Both the position numbers and the translations under genes were made by a program. The notes under the pieces are model-generated. The model did no database searches. It was not told the DNA's origin and saw nothing but the letters and a program-made list of their open reading frames with translations. A stretch of DNA of 64,000 nt from Candidatus Culexmicrobium cathedralense. Its GTDB lineage: Archaea > Thermoproteota > Methanomethylicia > Culexarchaeales > Culexmicrobiaceae. The stretch is from positions 160,001-224,000 of the forward strand of contig JANZKC010000002.1 in NCBI GenBank assembly GCA_025061115.1, read 5' to 3'. Positions 10,191-20,058 of this stretch are shown here, one piece after another (position 1 is the first letter of the stretch; the number at the start of each line of letters is the position of its first letter).

Positions 10191-10418
10191 TTGCACCGCA
10201 GCGAAGCCAACAAAAGCATAATGAAAGTGTTAATCATTGGACTAATACTTCCCGCATGCGTTCTTGTAGGCATGTTTGGAGGATGGATCATTGGCAAAAA
10301 CTTCGGCACAATCGGCAAATTCGCTCTAGCTCTAGTCGGCGGAATAGGAGGATTAATTTTGGGATCATTAATATTAGTTAAGCTCCTACTGAGGAGGGAA
10401 ACGCAGATTGAGAGCTAG
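10191..10418 (+). CDS. Small 2-TM Gly-rich protein (AtpZ-like)
   Basis: 75 aa, GMFGGWIIG..FG pattern, overlaps the atpC start. Confidence 0.55.
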   Translation: MHRSEANKSIMKVLIIGLILPACVLVGMFGGWIIGKNFGTIGKFALALVGGIGGLILGSLILVKLLLRRETQIES

Positions 10419-11439
10419 CAAATATGCTTATTCGATAGCGAGAGTAAGAGCAATGAAATCATTCATGCTAACCAAGGAAGACTATGAAGATTTACTTAAG
10501 GCCAAAGACCTAAACGAGGCATTCAAGAAATTGGCTGAAACTATCTACGCACCATACTTTAAGGAGGCAAGGGAAGCAACTTGGATTGAAATTGAAAAGA
10601 AACTCATGAAAGCACTCAGCGACATATACGAAAAAGTAATTGAAATGGCACCGGAAAAAGCTAAAGACATTCTAAGCTTAATTGAGAAGAAACTAGAAAT
10701 TGAAACCTTAAAGCAGCTTATAAGAGGATGCATAAGTAAGCTTCCAATCGAAGAAGCAATGAAGTTCATTTTCCCAATAGGAGAATACAGCACGGAATTC
10801 TGCAGGGAATTTCTAAGAAAGGATTTAAATGAAGCAATAGAATTAATTAAGGATGAAGAAATTAAGGAAATAATTAAGCAAAAAATCCCTGAATATGAAA
10901 AACTAAACATAACAACCCCAATCGAAGTAGCGCTGGACAAGCACATACTAAGCAAATTACTAAGACAAGCAAGAAAACTTCCAAAGTTAGATAAAAAGCA
11001 TTGCGAGCATCTGGTAGGAATTGAGATAGACATGACTAACATTACGACCATTGTAAGAGGGAAAGCCATGAAGTTAAGTGTCAAAGAAATAAAGGACATG
11101 CTGATACCGGAAAGCTATAAGCTTGACAGAGAAATCATAGCTGCAATAGGAGTTGAAGACCCATTTGAAGCTTATAGACTTTTGGTTTCAGGCTATTACA
11201 TAGGGAAGCTACCCCCGAAAGTGAATAGCGTCGAAGAGGTTGAATGGGCAGTTAAAAAGGCAATCATCAACGAGAGCAGAAGAGTATATATCACTTACCC
11301 ATTTCACGCAGGACTACTTTATGCATTTATGAATTTGAAGTACTACGAAGTTAGGGATGTAAGGGTAATCCTAATGGGCAAGCATTTAGGCGTTGAGGAG
11401 CAAATCATAAGAAAACACTTGTTATTTGCATACAAATAA
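10408..11439 (+). CDS. atpC: A/V-type ATP synthase subunit C
   Basis: YAYSIARVRAM N-terminus, EIDMTNI..I.RGK and K.YEVRDVR. Confidence 0.88.
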   Translation: MRASKYAYSIARVRAMKSFMLTKEDYEDLLKAKDLNEAFKKLAETIYAPYFKEAREATWIEIEKKLMKALSDIYEKVIEMAPEKAKDILSLIEKKLEIETLKQLIRGCISKLPIEEAMKFIFPIGEYSTEFCREFLRKDLNEAIELIKDEEIKEIIKQKIPEYEKLNITTPIEVALDKHILSKLLRQARKLPKLDKKHCEHLVGIEIDMTNITTIVRGKAMKLSVKEIKDMLIPESYKLDREIIAAIGVEDPFEAYRLLVSGYYIGKLPPKVNSVEEVEWAVKKAIINESRRVYITYPFHAGLLYAFMNLKYYEVRDVRVILMGKHLGVEEQIIRKHLLFAYK

Positions 11440-11500
11440 TAAAGCGAAAGACTTAAAAAATCATGTAATCGTCTATGGTGAGAGGAGGAGGGTTAAGTTA

Positions 11501-11833
11501 ATGCGGGTTTTAAAGCCTGCCATAGCTATTATGGCTATTCTGGGAGCAGCATTAGCTTCAGCAACCTACGCAATGGCAAGTGGTCAAAGCTTCTTTGGAG
11601 TAACCGAAGAAAAAGGCGGAGCAGGAGATATGGCATATCTAGCAGCCATACTACCAATTGTATTAAATGGAGTTGCAGCTGCAATGGCAATGGGTACTGT
11701 AAGCAGTGCAGCTATAGGTGCAATGGCTGAAAAACCTGAAATATTCAGCAAAACGGTAATCTACATCGTATTCATCGAAGCAATCGCAATATACGGGCTA
11801 ATAGTATCATTCATGATACTAATGAAGATCTAG
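11501..11833 (+). CDS. atpK: A-type ATP synthase subunit K (c), single hairpin with N-terminal leader
   Basis: AEKPE loop and FIEAIAIYG ion-binding Glu; ATG 11501 follows GGAGG; no Na+-type ES/T motif, so H+ coupling is inferred. Confidence 0.9.
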   Translation: MRVLKPAIAIMAILGAALASATYAMASGQSFFGVTEEKGGAGDMAYLAAILPIVLNGVAAAMAMGTVSSAAIGAMAEKPEIFSKTVIYIVFIEAIAIYGLIVSFMILMKI

Positions 11834-12048
11834 CATGCACTACACAACTTTATTACATTATCATCTACGCTGCTGCAACTTTTAATAGTTAAAACCAACA
11901 GTTTTATTAATCATTAACCATGGAAATAACACGTCACCCGAAAGCGTCACCAAGAATGCCTCACGCATTTATCTTCGTTCTTACCTAACTTATTAAGAAG
12001 ATTGAGCGTTCATCAGCACTCCGCAAGTAATTATTTTATCCAGAGGAG

Positions 12049-12984
12049 ATGGAAGTGGTTAGATGTAGCAAATGCAGTAAGAGAGCAACCATATCATTAA
12101 GACATCCAAAACTAAACTTATGCGCCGAACACTTCAAGGAGTACTTTGAAAACCGCTTAACTAAAACCATAAAGAGATACAAAATGATCAAAAAGGGAGA
12201 AAGCATTCTAGTCGCAATTTCCGGAGGTAAAGATAGCATTGCATTGCTCCATGCTCTTTGCAATGCGCTTGGCGACAAGGTTGAAATTAAAGCAATCCAC
12301 ATAAACCTCGGAATCAAACAATATTCCAGCAAATGCTTGAGAATCTCAAGAGATTTCCTCAAGAAACTCGACATAGAGCACTATATTATAGACTTGAAAA
12401 GGGAGTATGGATTCACAGTAGATGAAGCAGTAAGTAAGCTTCAATTCAAAAGAGCTCCATGCTCAATTTGCGGACTAATCAAAAGAAGAGTTCTCAACGA
12501 CTATGCACTAAAACTGAAAGTCGATAAGTTAGCCACCGGCCATACGCTAGATGATGAAGCAACATTCATCTTAACAAACTATGCCAGCGGAAACCTAGAC
12601 CTACTCTTGAGAAGCGGGCCGGCAATCCCAACCAAATACGGAATTTTAATTTCAAGAATTAAGCCACTCTATGAAATATCTGAACTTGAAACCACACTTT
12701 ACTGCATGATTAACAATTTAAGTTACGTTGAAGAGGAATGCCCATACTCAAAAGAAGCACCAACAATCTCATTGAAACAGATGATCAATCAAATTGAAAA
12801 CATCAGACTTGGATTCAAAATATCACTAATAAGAACTTACAACCGCATGATTAAGCCTGCAATAAGCTCATTTTACGCGCAACTTGAAGAAGAACCGAAA
12901 TTTTGTAGGGATTGTGGGTATCCTACGAATGCAGATTACTGCGCATTCTGCAGATTGAAGAGAAAAATTATTAGAAAAAGCTAG
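12049..12984 (+). CDS. ttuA: tRNA 2-thiolation protein (TtuA/Ncs6/TtcA family)
   Basis: N- and C-terminal Zn fingers, PP-loop SGGKDS, CSIC, TGHTLDD and CPY. Confidence 0.88.
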   Translation: MEVVRCSKCSKRATISLRHPKLNLCAEHFKEYFENRLTKTIKRYKMIKKGESILVAISGGKDSIALLHALCNALGDKVEIKAIHINLGIKQYSSKCLRISRDFLKKLDIEHYIIDLKREYGFTVDEAVSKLQFKRAPCSICGLIKRRVLNDYALKLKVDKLATGHTLDDEATFILTNYASGNLDLLLRSGPAIPTKYGILISRIKPLYEISELETTLYCMINNLSYVEEECPYSKEAPTISLKQMINQIENIRLGFKISLIRTYNRMIKPAISSFYAQLEEEPKFCRDCGYPTNADYCAFCRLKRKIIRKS

Positions 12985-12993
12985 AATTCAACT

Positions 12994-14511
12994 TTAGGCT
13001 GGCTTCGCAAAGATTAGGATGATATATTTCATTTTTGCCATTGCTGCTGCTGAAGCCGCCTCAGCCATCTTGTATATTGGCTCAGGCCAAATTCCAAATA
13101 GTATGCAGATGAACGCCATTATCACTAAAGGCACTAAGATCGATATTGACGCCTCACTGGCTGCAGCAGCTTTGCCCTTCGGCTCCCTCAGCATTAGAAG
13201 CTGAATCAGCCTCAAGTAATATACAACTGATAACCCGCTATTAAGCAAGCCAATCACTGTCAGCAAGTATGCTTTAGCTTCAATTGCAGCAGCGAAAATC
13301 ACATACTTGCTTACGAAGCCATTAAGGAACGGTACACCGCAAAGGGACAACAGTGCAATTGCAAATGTCATTGCTGTAATAGGCATTTTCCTACCAACTC
13401 CAATTAACTCGTCGATATTCCTAGTTCCAGTTACGTGAATAAATGCCCCTGCACAGAGGAATGCAAGCCCCTTCATAATTGCATGGTTGAAAACGTGGAG
13501 GAGAGCTCCAGTCAAACCATATTCCGTTCCAAGAGACATTGCAAGCAATATGTATCCGATGTGGCTAATGCTCGAATATGCTAATAGCCTTTTGATGTCC
13601 TTCTGCAGCAGAGCCATGACGTTGCCGACGGTCATCGTCAAAACTGAAAGAACTGCAAGCATCGAACTGAAATCAACTATGTTTGGAGCAAAAAACAAGT
13701 ATAACGTACGAACTAAGCCATATATTCCAGTCTTAATAACAACTCCTGAAAGCATTGCACTTATTGGGCTTGGCGCAGCTGGATGCGCATCTGGAAGCCA
13801 GAAGTGGAATGGAACTGCAGCAGCTTTAACTCCAAAGCCAGCAACAAGCAGTGCAACAGCTAAGAAAAGTACTGGTGAAGGCGTCGACTTCAATAATGAA
13901 AATGCTATGTGAGCAAAGCTTAGCGAGCCCGTTAACCCATAGAGTAGAGACATAGAGAATAGAACCATTGACGTTCCTGCAGCACTCATAACCAGGTACT
14001 TAAAGCCAGCTTCAATCGGCTCCCACAAGTGCTTTCTAAAGCCAACTAAGCAGTAGGAGGCAATGCTCATCAATTCCCAGAAAATGTAGAATGTCATGAA
14101 GTCTCCAGCGTATGCAAGACCAACCATCCCAGCAACCATTAGTAAAAGCAGAGTGTAGTAGGAGTCCAGTCCAGTGTCGTGACTCATATAATCTATTGAA
14201 TGAATTGAAGCTAAAAGACCAACCACAATGAATACTATTGAAGCGAAAAGCCCAAGCCAATCTACTGCTAGAAAACCTGCTATTGGAGGCTCAGCGTTAG
14301 GATAAGGTGTAAAAATTACTATGCCCTGCTCAGCTACAGGCCCCATGACCCTAAATACAGATAGCAGTGCCAATGCAAATCCAAGCGTAGCCCAAATACT
14401 TTCAGCATTCCTTAATCGTAGACTTCTTAGAATTCTGCTGAGAAATGGCGTTACTCCTGCGAAGAACGTCAGTATAAGTATGGGTAGGATTACGGCCATC
14501 ATACCTACCAC
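12994..14511 (-). CDS. nuoN: NuoN/MrpD-like antiporter subunit
   Basis: FWELMS, EAGFKY, PFHFWLPDAHPAAP and KRLLAYSSI; follows nuoK. Confidence 0.85.
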   Translation of the reverse strand: MVGMMAVILPILILTFFAGVTPFLSRILRSLRLRNAESIWATLGFALALLSVFRVMGPVAEQGIVIFTPYPNAEPPIAGFLAVDWLGLFASIVFIVVGLLASIHSIDYMSHDTGLDSYYTLLLLMVAGMVGLAYAGDFMTFYIFWELMSIASYCLVGFRKHLWEPIEAGFKYLVMSAAGTSMVLFSMSLLYGLTGSLSFAHIAFSLLKSTPSPVLFLAVALLVAGFGVKAAAVPFHFWLPDAHPAAPSPISAMLSGVVIKTGIYGLVRTLYLFFAPNIVDFSSMLAVLSVLTMTVGNVMALLQKDIKRLLAYSSISHIGYILLAMSLGTEYGLTGALLHVFNHAIMKGLAFLCAGAFIHVTGTRNIDELIGVGRKMPITAMTFAIALLSLCGVPFLNGFVSKYVIFAAAIEAKAYLLTVIGLLNSGLSVVYYLRLIQLLMLREPKGKAAAASEASISILVPLVIMAFICILFGIWPEPIYKMAEAASAAAMAKMKYIILIFAKPA

Positions 14512-14822
14512 CTCAACTTCTTAAGCTTTGTAACGTCAAGAGTTCTATAATGCCTATAAGCGTTGATCACAAATGCAAGTGCAACACCGATCACGCATGC
14601 CTCAACCGAAATTGCGATTATAGCGAACAACTGCCCCAGTGGATCAACTAAGCCAAATGCCCTATTTGCTGCGAAATTTACGAAGTTTAAGGTCGCAGAG
14701 CTCAGCAGTATTTCAAGTGACATAATCAATCGAATCATGTTGCGCTTAACCATTAAGCCATACAGGCCAACTGCTAGAAGAACTGCGGACGTAGCTATGA
14801 AGGTGTATAATCCAGTTGTCAT
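14505..14822 (-). CDS. nuoK: NuoK/MrpC-like subunit
   Basis: KRNMIRLIMSLE and C-terminal TLDVTKLKKLRW. Confidence 0.88.
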   Translation of the reverse strand: MTTGLYTFIATSAVLLAVGLYGLMVKRNMIRLIMSLEILLSSATLNFVNFAANRAFGLVDPLGQLFAIIAISVEACVIGVALAFVINAYRHYRTLDVTKLKKLRW

Positions 14823-15100
14823 TTCTCTTCAACCTCCTCCCGAAGAAGAGCCATAACTCCAACTGCAGCCGTAAATAGCACTAATACCTGCGCGATTACA
14901 TCAACGCTTCTCACAGCCCAAAAGAGGCGGCCAATGGCCTCTCCAATCTTATAAAATCCAATCTCTACGCTGACAAGCCATGCTGCTTCTTCAGCGTAAG
15001 CAAACATGCCTATTTGAGCAAAACCGGAAGTCAACATGTTCGCAAGTAGGAAGGCAATTGCTATTGCAGCAATAGCGCCTATAACCTCATTAACCTTCAT
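14819..15100 (-). CDS. NuoJ C-terminal-half-like membrane subunit
   Basis: IG..FW..RS.DV...Q..VLF pattern, located between the nuoJ N-half and nuoK with overlapping stop/start. Confidence 0.65.
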   Translation of the reverse strand: MKVNEVIGAIAAIAIAFLLANMLTSGFAQIGMFAYAEEAAWLVSVEIGFYKIGEAIGRLFWAVRSVDVIAQVLVLFTAAVGVMALLREEVEEK

Positions 15101-15354
15101 GGAAGTTCAACCTCCTCCTTTCTAGTCAACATTACGGCCACTAAGAATAGGACGGTCACTGCTCCGGCTAGGATCGCCAACTGAAATACGGCGACGTATG
15201 GAGCGCTGAGAAAGTAGAAGGCTGCTGCAATAGCGACGCTAAATCCACATAGGGACAGTATTGCATAGGTGATGTTTCTGATCTCAAGAGCTAAAACTGC
15301 AAACACTGCGATCAAGACGGCTAAAAGCAGCGAAATTACTGCGCCTAGGTCCAA
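15097..15354 (-). CDS. nuoJ: NuoJ N-terminal half
   Basis: LSAPYVAVFQLAILAGAVTVLFL..VML. Confidence 0.82.
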   Translation of the reverse strand: MDLGAVISLLLAVLIAVFAVLALEIRNITYAILSLCGFSVAIAAAFYFLSAPYVAVFQLAILAGAVTVLFLVAVMLTRKEEVELP

Positions 15355-15514
15355 GCTTTTGCCCCCAATTTATAGTGTAAGCTTAAGGCGTTTAGGATGT
15401 TTCCTTTAATAGTTTAAAAGCTTTTCCAGTTCACTTGCAGTCAACAGCTAAATAAGAGTAAAAGGATAAAAGTTCAGTAAGTTACTTATCATTGATAAAT
15501 GGAGAGGTTAGCTG

Positions 15515-16192
15515 TTGCTTGAAAACTTAGAAGATTGGTTAATACAAATAGTCGTTGAACACGGCTACTTAGGTGCATTCCTAGTTTCATTGCTTGGAAA
15601 TCTCATACCATTCATACCCATTCCATACCTAGTCGCAATATTCTTCATGGCAGCGTACTTGCCAGTAAACCCAGTTCTACTTGGATTTGTAAGTGGAATT
15701 GGAGGAGCAGTTGGCAAGGCAATTATTTACATTTTTAGTTTCGGCAGTGGAAAGCTAATGGGGGAAGAGCATGAATATAGAATAGCAAGGTTAAGGCAGC
15801 TACTGGACAAGTACGGTTGGCTTGCCGTCTTCATATTAACGGTTACGCCCTCTCCGGATGACATAGTCATCATCCCACTTGGCCTCATAAGGTATAGCTT
15901 CTCAAAATTCATAGCTGCATGCGCGATTGGAAAAATAATTTTAAGCATATTCATAGCAGTTTTCGGAAGGACATTCATAAGCGCTGCGGAGATTTGGCTT
16001 GGAGGAAGCATTTACGGAGCAATTGCATCAATAATATTCCTCATCGTCATCACAGCAGCGCTCTTAAAAATTGACTGGATAATAGTCACGGACATAGTCG
16101 ACCAGGAGGGTTGGAGAGGGATTATTAGGAGATTGAGAAGTGGGCAGTGGAGAGACTTCCTGGTTAAAAAGAAAAGCGGGAACTCTAGGTAA
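15515..16192 (+). CDS. VTT/DedA (SNARE-associated) membrane protein
   Basis: GYLGAFL...PFIPIPY and TPSPDDIV.IPLGL. Confidence 0.85.
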   Translation: MLENLEDWLIQIVVEHGYLGAFLVSLLGNLIPFIPIPYLVAIFFMAAYLPVNPVLLGFVSGIGGAVGKAIIYIFSFGSGKLMGEEHEYRIARLRQLLDKYGWLAVFILTVTPSPDDIVIIPLGLIRYSFSKFIAACAIGKIILSIFIAVFGRTFISAAEIWLGGSIYGAIASIIFLIVITAALLKIDWIIVTDIVDQEGWRGIIRRLRSGQWRDFLVKKKSGNSR

Positions 16193-17474
16193 TGAACTCT
16201 CCTAAACTTAGCTGAGATTCCTCCTCAAATAAAACAATCTTTCCATACACACCATCATAGCCAGGAATGACCTTCAAGCCACCTCTTCTCAACCTACCTA
16301 TAGCCTCAGCAAGCCGATTTGATGATATGGTGGCGATGTCCCTTAAAGGCGCTTCAATTAAAACGCAGTATTCCGAGCCGAAATGCGATATGAGATTAAG
16401 ATACTCCCTCCAAACAGAGCCGGAGTAAAGCCTCCTCACGTTGCGGGGGTTTACGCCCAATATTGAAGCTATTATTTCCTGAAGTGGAAGAAGCTTGATA
16501 AATGGAACTGCATTAGGAGGCTTGTATCCGTGGGGCCTATCAGCTAATTCCTCAACCCTATCCTCAACGCCCTTAGTAAGCTTTCTACCACAAACTGGAC
16601 ATCTATAACCTAGCTTAGCTGCTTCTTCAGGGGAGAGAGGCCCAACACCGCACTTTCTATGGCCAGAAAAGTGGTATTTACCATACTTTGGCTCCACCTC
16701 AATCGTCATTATGAAGCGCTTAGGATCCTTAGACTTTATTGCCGAAATTACTTCTCTGTAGCTCAAGCGCTTCAAATCGAAAACGCAAGCCTCCCTCCCC
16801 AATCTAAAAGGCCAAGGAGAATGCGCATCCGAAAAGCTCACCAAAGCATATTTATCCAAATTACTTACTCTCCAATTCATTGAGGGATCGCTGCTCAAGC
16901 CCGTTTCAATAGCATAAATGTTCTTTGTCTGATCTTCATAGCAGTCCTCCACCCTATCAACACCACTAAAAGCTCCAAAAATGCTCCACCAGGGAGTCCA
17001 TGCATGAGCTGGAAATACGAAATTGTCATCATCTAGTTCCATCACGAGCTCAACCAGCTCAGCCGGCTTCATATTAAAAGTAGGCCGGCCATCGGAAGCC
17101 ACATTACCATAAAATGAGAGCATGTCCGAAAGTTGCTCAGCAACCTCCAAGTTAGGCATTAAAATAACGTGATGAACACGTCTAACTTTACCTTCAAATT
17201 CAAATATCGTTCCCACCTCAGTTTGAGCTATAAAATAAACTTCACCTTCTCCTAAACCCCTAAGAGTATACAATCCATCAGCTGAAGACTCTTCTAAAGT
17301 CATTTTCAGCTCCCTAATCCAAGATGGATGAAGAGCATCTCCAGTTCCAACTAAATTTAACCCCTTGATCTTGGCGAACTGCGCAATTTCTGGAATAACC
17401 ATGTCTTTACTCGTTGCAGCACTATAATGCGAATGTATGTGAAGATCAGCATATACCCGCATGTAAGTCTCCAT
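16185..17474 (-). CDS. endoQ: Endonuclease Q family PHP-domain nuclease
   Basis: ADLHIHSHYS, PAHAWTPW, ETGLSSD, SDAHS, GKYH.SGHRKC, CPVCG and GYDGVYG. Confidence 0.88.
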   Translation of the reverse strand: METYMRVYADLHIHSHYSAATSKDMVIPEIAQFAKIKGLNLVGTGDALHPSWIRELKMTLEESSADGLYTLRGLGEGEVYFIAQTEVGTIFEFEGKVRRVHHVILMPNLEVAEQLSDMLSFYGNVASDGRPTFNMKPAELVELVMELDDDNFVFPAHAWTPWWSIFGAFSGVDRVEDCYEDQTKNIYAIETGLSSDPSMNWRVSNLDKYALVSFSDAHSPWPFRLGREACVFDLKRLSYREVISAIKSKDPKRFIMTIEVEPKYGKYHFSGHRKCGVGPLSPEEAAKLGYRCPVCGRKLTKGVEDRVEELADRPHGYKPPNAVPFIKLLPLQEIIASILGVNPRNVRRLYSGSVWREYLNLISHFGSEYCVLIEAPLRDIATISSNRLAEAIGRLRRGGLKVIPGYDGVYGKIVLFEEESQLSLGEFIT

Positions 17475-17556
17475 GAAACCTACTTTAAAGAGGTATTTAA
17501 CGATAATTGCGCAAAACGCTAATCATAAATAATTAAAAAGTGGTGCGAATACAAAA

Positions 17557-17910
17557 CTACTTTTCAGGTTCTAGAGCCTCTTTCAATACTAGCTCGCTCT
17601 TATCGTATGTTGCCAGCTCATAGAACTTAGTCAATTTAATTGCATTTCTCGGACAAATTCTCTCGCAAACTGCACAGAATATACACCTATCTAAATAGAA
17701 TACTGGGCGCCTCTTCCCATCAGAGAAGGTTACCATCTCTATTGCCTTCGCAGGACAGTCTCTTGCACAAAGGCCGCATCCAACACATAATTTTGGATCA
17801 AAGTGATGCTTCCCCCTGTACCGCTCGGATGGCTCTAGCCGTTCAAACGGGTACTTAAGTGTCGCAGGCCTTTTCGGAAAATTCCTCCATATCTCCCTAA
17901 TCATGGCCAT
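17557..17910 (-). CDS. nuoI: NuoI-like 2x[4Fe-4S] subunit
   Basis: Two CxxCxxCxxxCP motifs; ATLKYP...RYRG. Confidence 0.9.
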   Translation of the reverse strand: MAMIREIWRNFPKRPATLKYPFERLEPSERYRGKHHFDPKLCVGCGLCARDCPAKAIEMVTFSDGKRRPVFYLDRCIFCAVCERICPRNAIKLTKFYELATYDKSELVLKEALEPEK

Positions 17911-17911
17911 A

Positions 17912-18868
17912 CTAAACCACCACCAATAACAAGATCTTCGTCATTAAGAGCTGAAGCATGGAGAGAGGCAGCAAATACTTCCATGCACCTCTAACCATTT
18001 GATCGATTCTTAGCCTCGCAAATAGAGCCCTCAACATGGCGCTTACAATAACAATCGCAATCGACTTAATTAAGAACCAAACTATTGGCGGGAGAACTGG
18101 CCCACTGCCACCTCCGAGAAATATTGCAGTTGCCAATGCAGCACCAAGAACCAAACGTATGTCTGCCGACAACCTCAAGAAAGCTAATTTCTTCCCAGAA
18201 AATTCTGTAAGCCACCCAGCCACTATTTCGCTCTCAGCCTCAGGAATGTCAAAGGGAACCCTCTCAAGCTCAGCTTGAAGAGCTATTAAATACACTGCGA
18301 AACCTAGAGGCTGAAGTAATGCGAATGGCAGAAACTGGCGCTCAGCTATCACTGTAATGCTAAGTGAGCCAGCAGCCATGGCGGCTGAAGCAACCGAAAT
18401 GAACATTGGAATTTCAAATCCAAGAAGCTGTAGAGCAGCTCTTTCAGCACCAATAGTGCTGAACCTATTAGTCGAAGCTAAACCGGCAATAAAGGCTGTT
18501 ATGGTGAAGAAAGTTGTTAATGCAACTACCAAAACCAAGTCACCCTCAAATGGCGGCAGCACTGGGTAACCAGTTATTGGAATGTAAAGTGATGCGAGAG
18601 TGGGAATGGTCACTGCAAATAGGGGAACAGCATTGAACAGCAATTTATCAGCCCAAGTTGGAACAATGTCCTCCTTAGCCATTAGCTTCAAGAAGTCCGC
18701 AAGCGGCTGCAGAAAGCCTCGTGGACCAGCATACAGAGGGCCGATTCTGTTTTGAAAGCGCGCTACTGCCTTTCTATCAATCCACTCATAAACTAAACCA
18801 AGTAGAGTTATAAACGCCAAGCCAGGGAAGACTACGATCTTAAATATAGCTATGAGAGGCTCGATCAC
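17912..18868 (-). CDS. nuoH: NuoH/HycD-like membrane subunit
   Basis: RFQNRIGP, QPLADFLKL..KE, RVPFDIPEAESEIVAGW and ARLRIDQ. Confidence 0.92.
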   Translation of the reverse strand: MIEPLIAIFKIVVFPGLAFITLLGLVYEWIDRKAVARFQNRIGPLYAGPRGFLQPLADFLKLMAKEDIVPTWADKLLFNAVPLFAVTIPTLASLYIPITGYPVLPPFEGDLVLVVALTTFFTITAFIAGLASTNRFSTIGAERAALQLLGFEIPMFISVASAAMAAGSLSITVIAERQFLPFALLQPLGFAVYLIALQAELERVPFDIPEAESEIVAGWLTEFSGKKLAFLRLSADIRLVLGAALATAIFLGGGSGPVLPPIVWFLIKSIAIVIVSAMLRALFARLRIDQMVRGAWKYLLPLSMLQLLMTKILLLVVV

Positions 18869-20058
18869 CGCCTCCTCCCTCCATTCTTCTCATTCCATTT
18901 TAAACTATACCTTTTAAGCTCATCATACGTCCACACCCACTTCTTTCCAGTGTTGATGTCAACGAAAAGTAGTCGCTCTGTGCAGCAGTAGCATGGGTCG
19001 ATGCTTGCAATGATGGCGGGAATATCAGCAATATAATAGCCCTTCAGCATTTCGCATAGCGCTGGAATGTTAGCTAAAGTTGGAGTTCTCGCCTTAAATC
19101 GATAGGGCTTCTCCTTGCCATCAGACTTGCAGTAATGCATTAATTCGCCCCTTGGCGCCTCGACCCTATTAACAGCTTCACCTGGAGGCGGGGCGCGTGG
19201 AAGTCTAAGCTTAATAGGTCCACTCGGCATCTTATCCAAGCATTGCCTCACAATTTCAATGGACTCAAGCGTCTCATCAGCCCTCACTAGGGCTCTCGCA
19301 TAAACGTCGCAGTAGGGGTATGTAATTAAGTTAAACGGAACTTCTCCATAGGAGCAATAGGGCTCATCGAATCGAACATCAGTTTTAAGGTCTGAAGCTC
19401 TAGCAACCGGCCCTACAGCGCATAGATCCCTCGCTCTAGACTTGTTCAGCACACCTACATTCTCAGTTCGAGCCCTAATAGTAGGCTCGTTCTCCAAAAC
19501 TTGCTTGTAAAACTTAGTTCTCTCCTCTAGGAAATCCATTGCCCGCCTTATGGTGCCTTCCATATGTGGAGGTATGTCGTAAGCAACTCCTCCAATTATT
19601 ATCGCTGAAGTCGTAACTCTATTTCCAGTGATCATCTCAACGACATCCATAACTCGCTCCCTATCTCTCCACACGTACATGAAGTATGACCAGAACCCTA
19701 GCTCCATACCTAAAATTCCAATCCAAAGTAGGTGGCTGTGAATCCTGTTAAGCTCATTTATTATAGTTCTAATATACTGTGCTCTAGGCGGAGCTTCAAC
19801 CCCATAAAGCTCCTCAACAGTTAGAGCATAGCAAGTTGTGTGAGGAGTATTGCATATTCCACATATCCTCTCTACTAGAAACGTACCTTGATTCCAGCTC
19901 CTAAGCTCCATACCCTTTTCGATGCCCCTATGAACATTTCCAAGGCGCGGCTTAACGTCAACAACGACCTCGCCGTCAAGCTCAAATGTGAAGTGAAAGG
20001 CTTCCTTAATTGCAGGGTGCTGAGGACCTATCGGAAGCTTATATGTTGGCAACTTCAC
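18865..20058 (-). CDS. Group 4 [NiFe]-hydrogenase large subunit (NuoD homolog)
   Basis: Both Ni-ligand motifs are intact: ERICGICNTPH and DPCYCCTER; also GPQHP, HRGIEK and EAPRGE. Confidence 0.88.
   Translation of the reverse strand: MKLPTYKLPIGPQHPAIKEAFHFTFELDGEVVVDVKPRLGNVHRGIEKGMELRSWNQGTFLVERICGICNTPHTTCYALTVEELYGVEAPPRAQYIRTIINELNRIHSHLLWIGILGMELGFWSYFMYVWRDRERVMDVVEMITGNRVTTSAIIIGGVAYDIPPHMEGTIRRAMDFLEERTKFYKQVLENEPTIRARTENVGVLNKSRARDLCAVGPVARASDLKTDVRFDEPYCSYGEVPFNLITYPYCDVYARALVRADETLESIEIVRQCLDKMPSGPIKLRLPRAPPPGEAVNRVEAPRGELMHYCKSDGKEKPYRFKARTPTLANIPALCEMLKGYYIADIPAIIASIDPCYCCTERLLFVDINTGKKWVWTYDELKRYSLKWNEKNGGRRR

Noticed and set aside
18865-20058. Plain NADH dehydrogenase NuoD or a [NiFeSe] enzyme
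   Set aside because: All four Ni-binding positions are ordinary Cys and there is no in-frame TGA.
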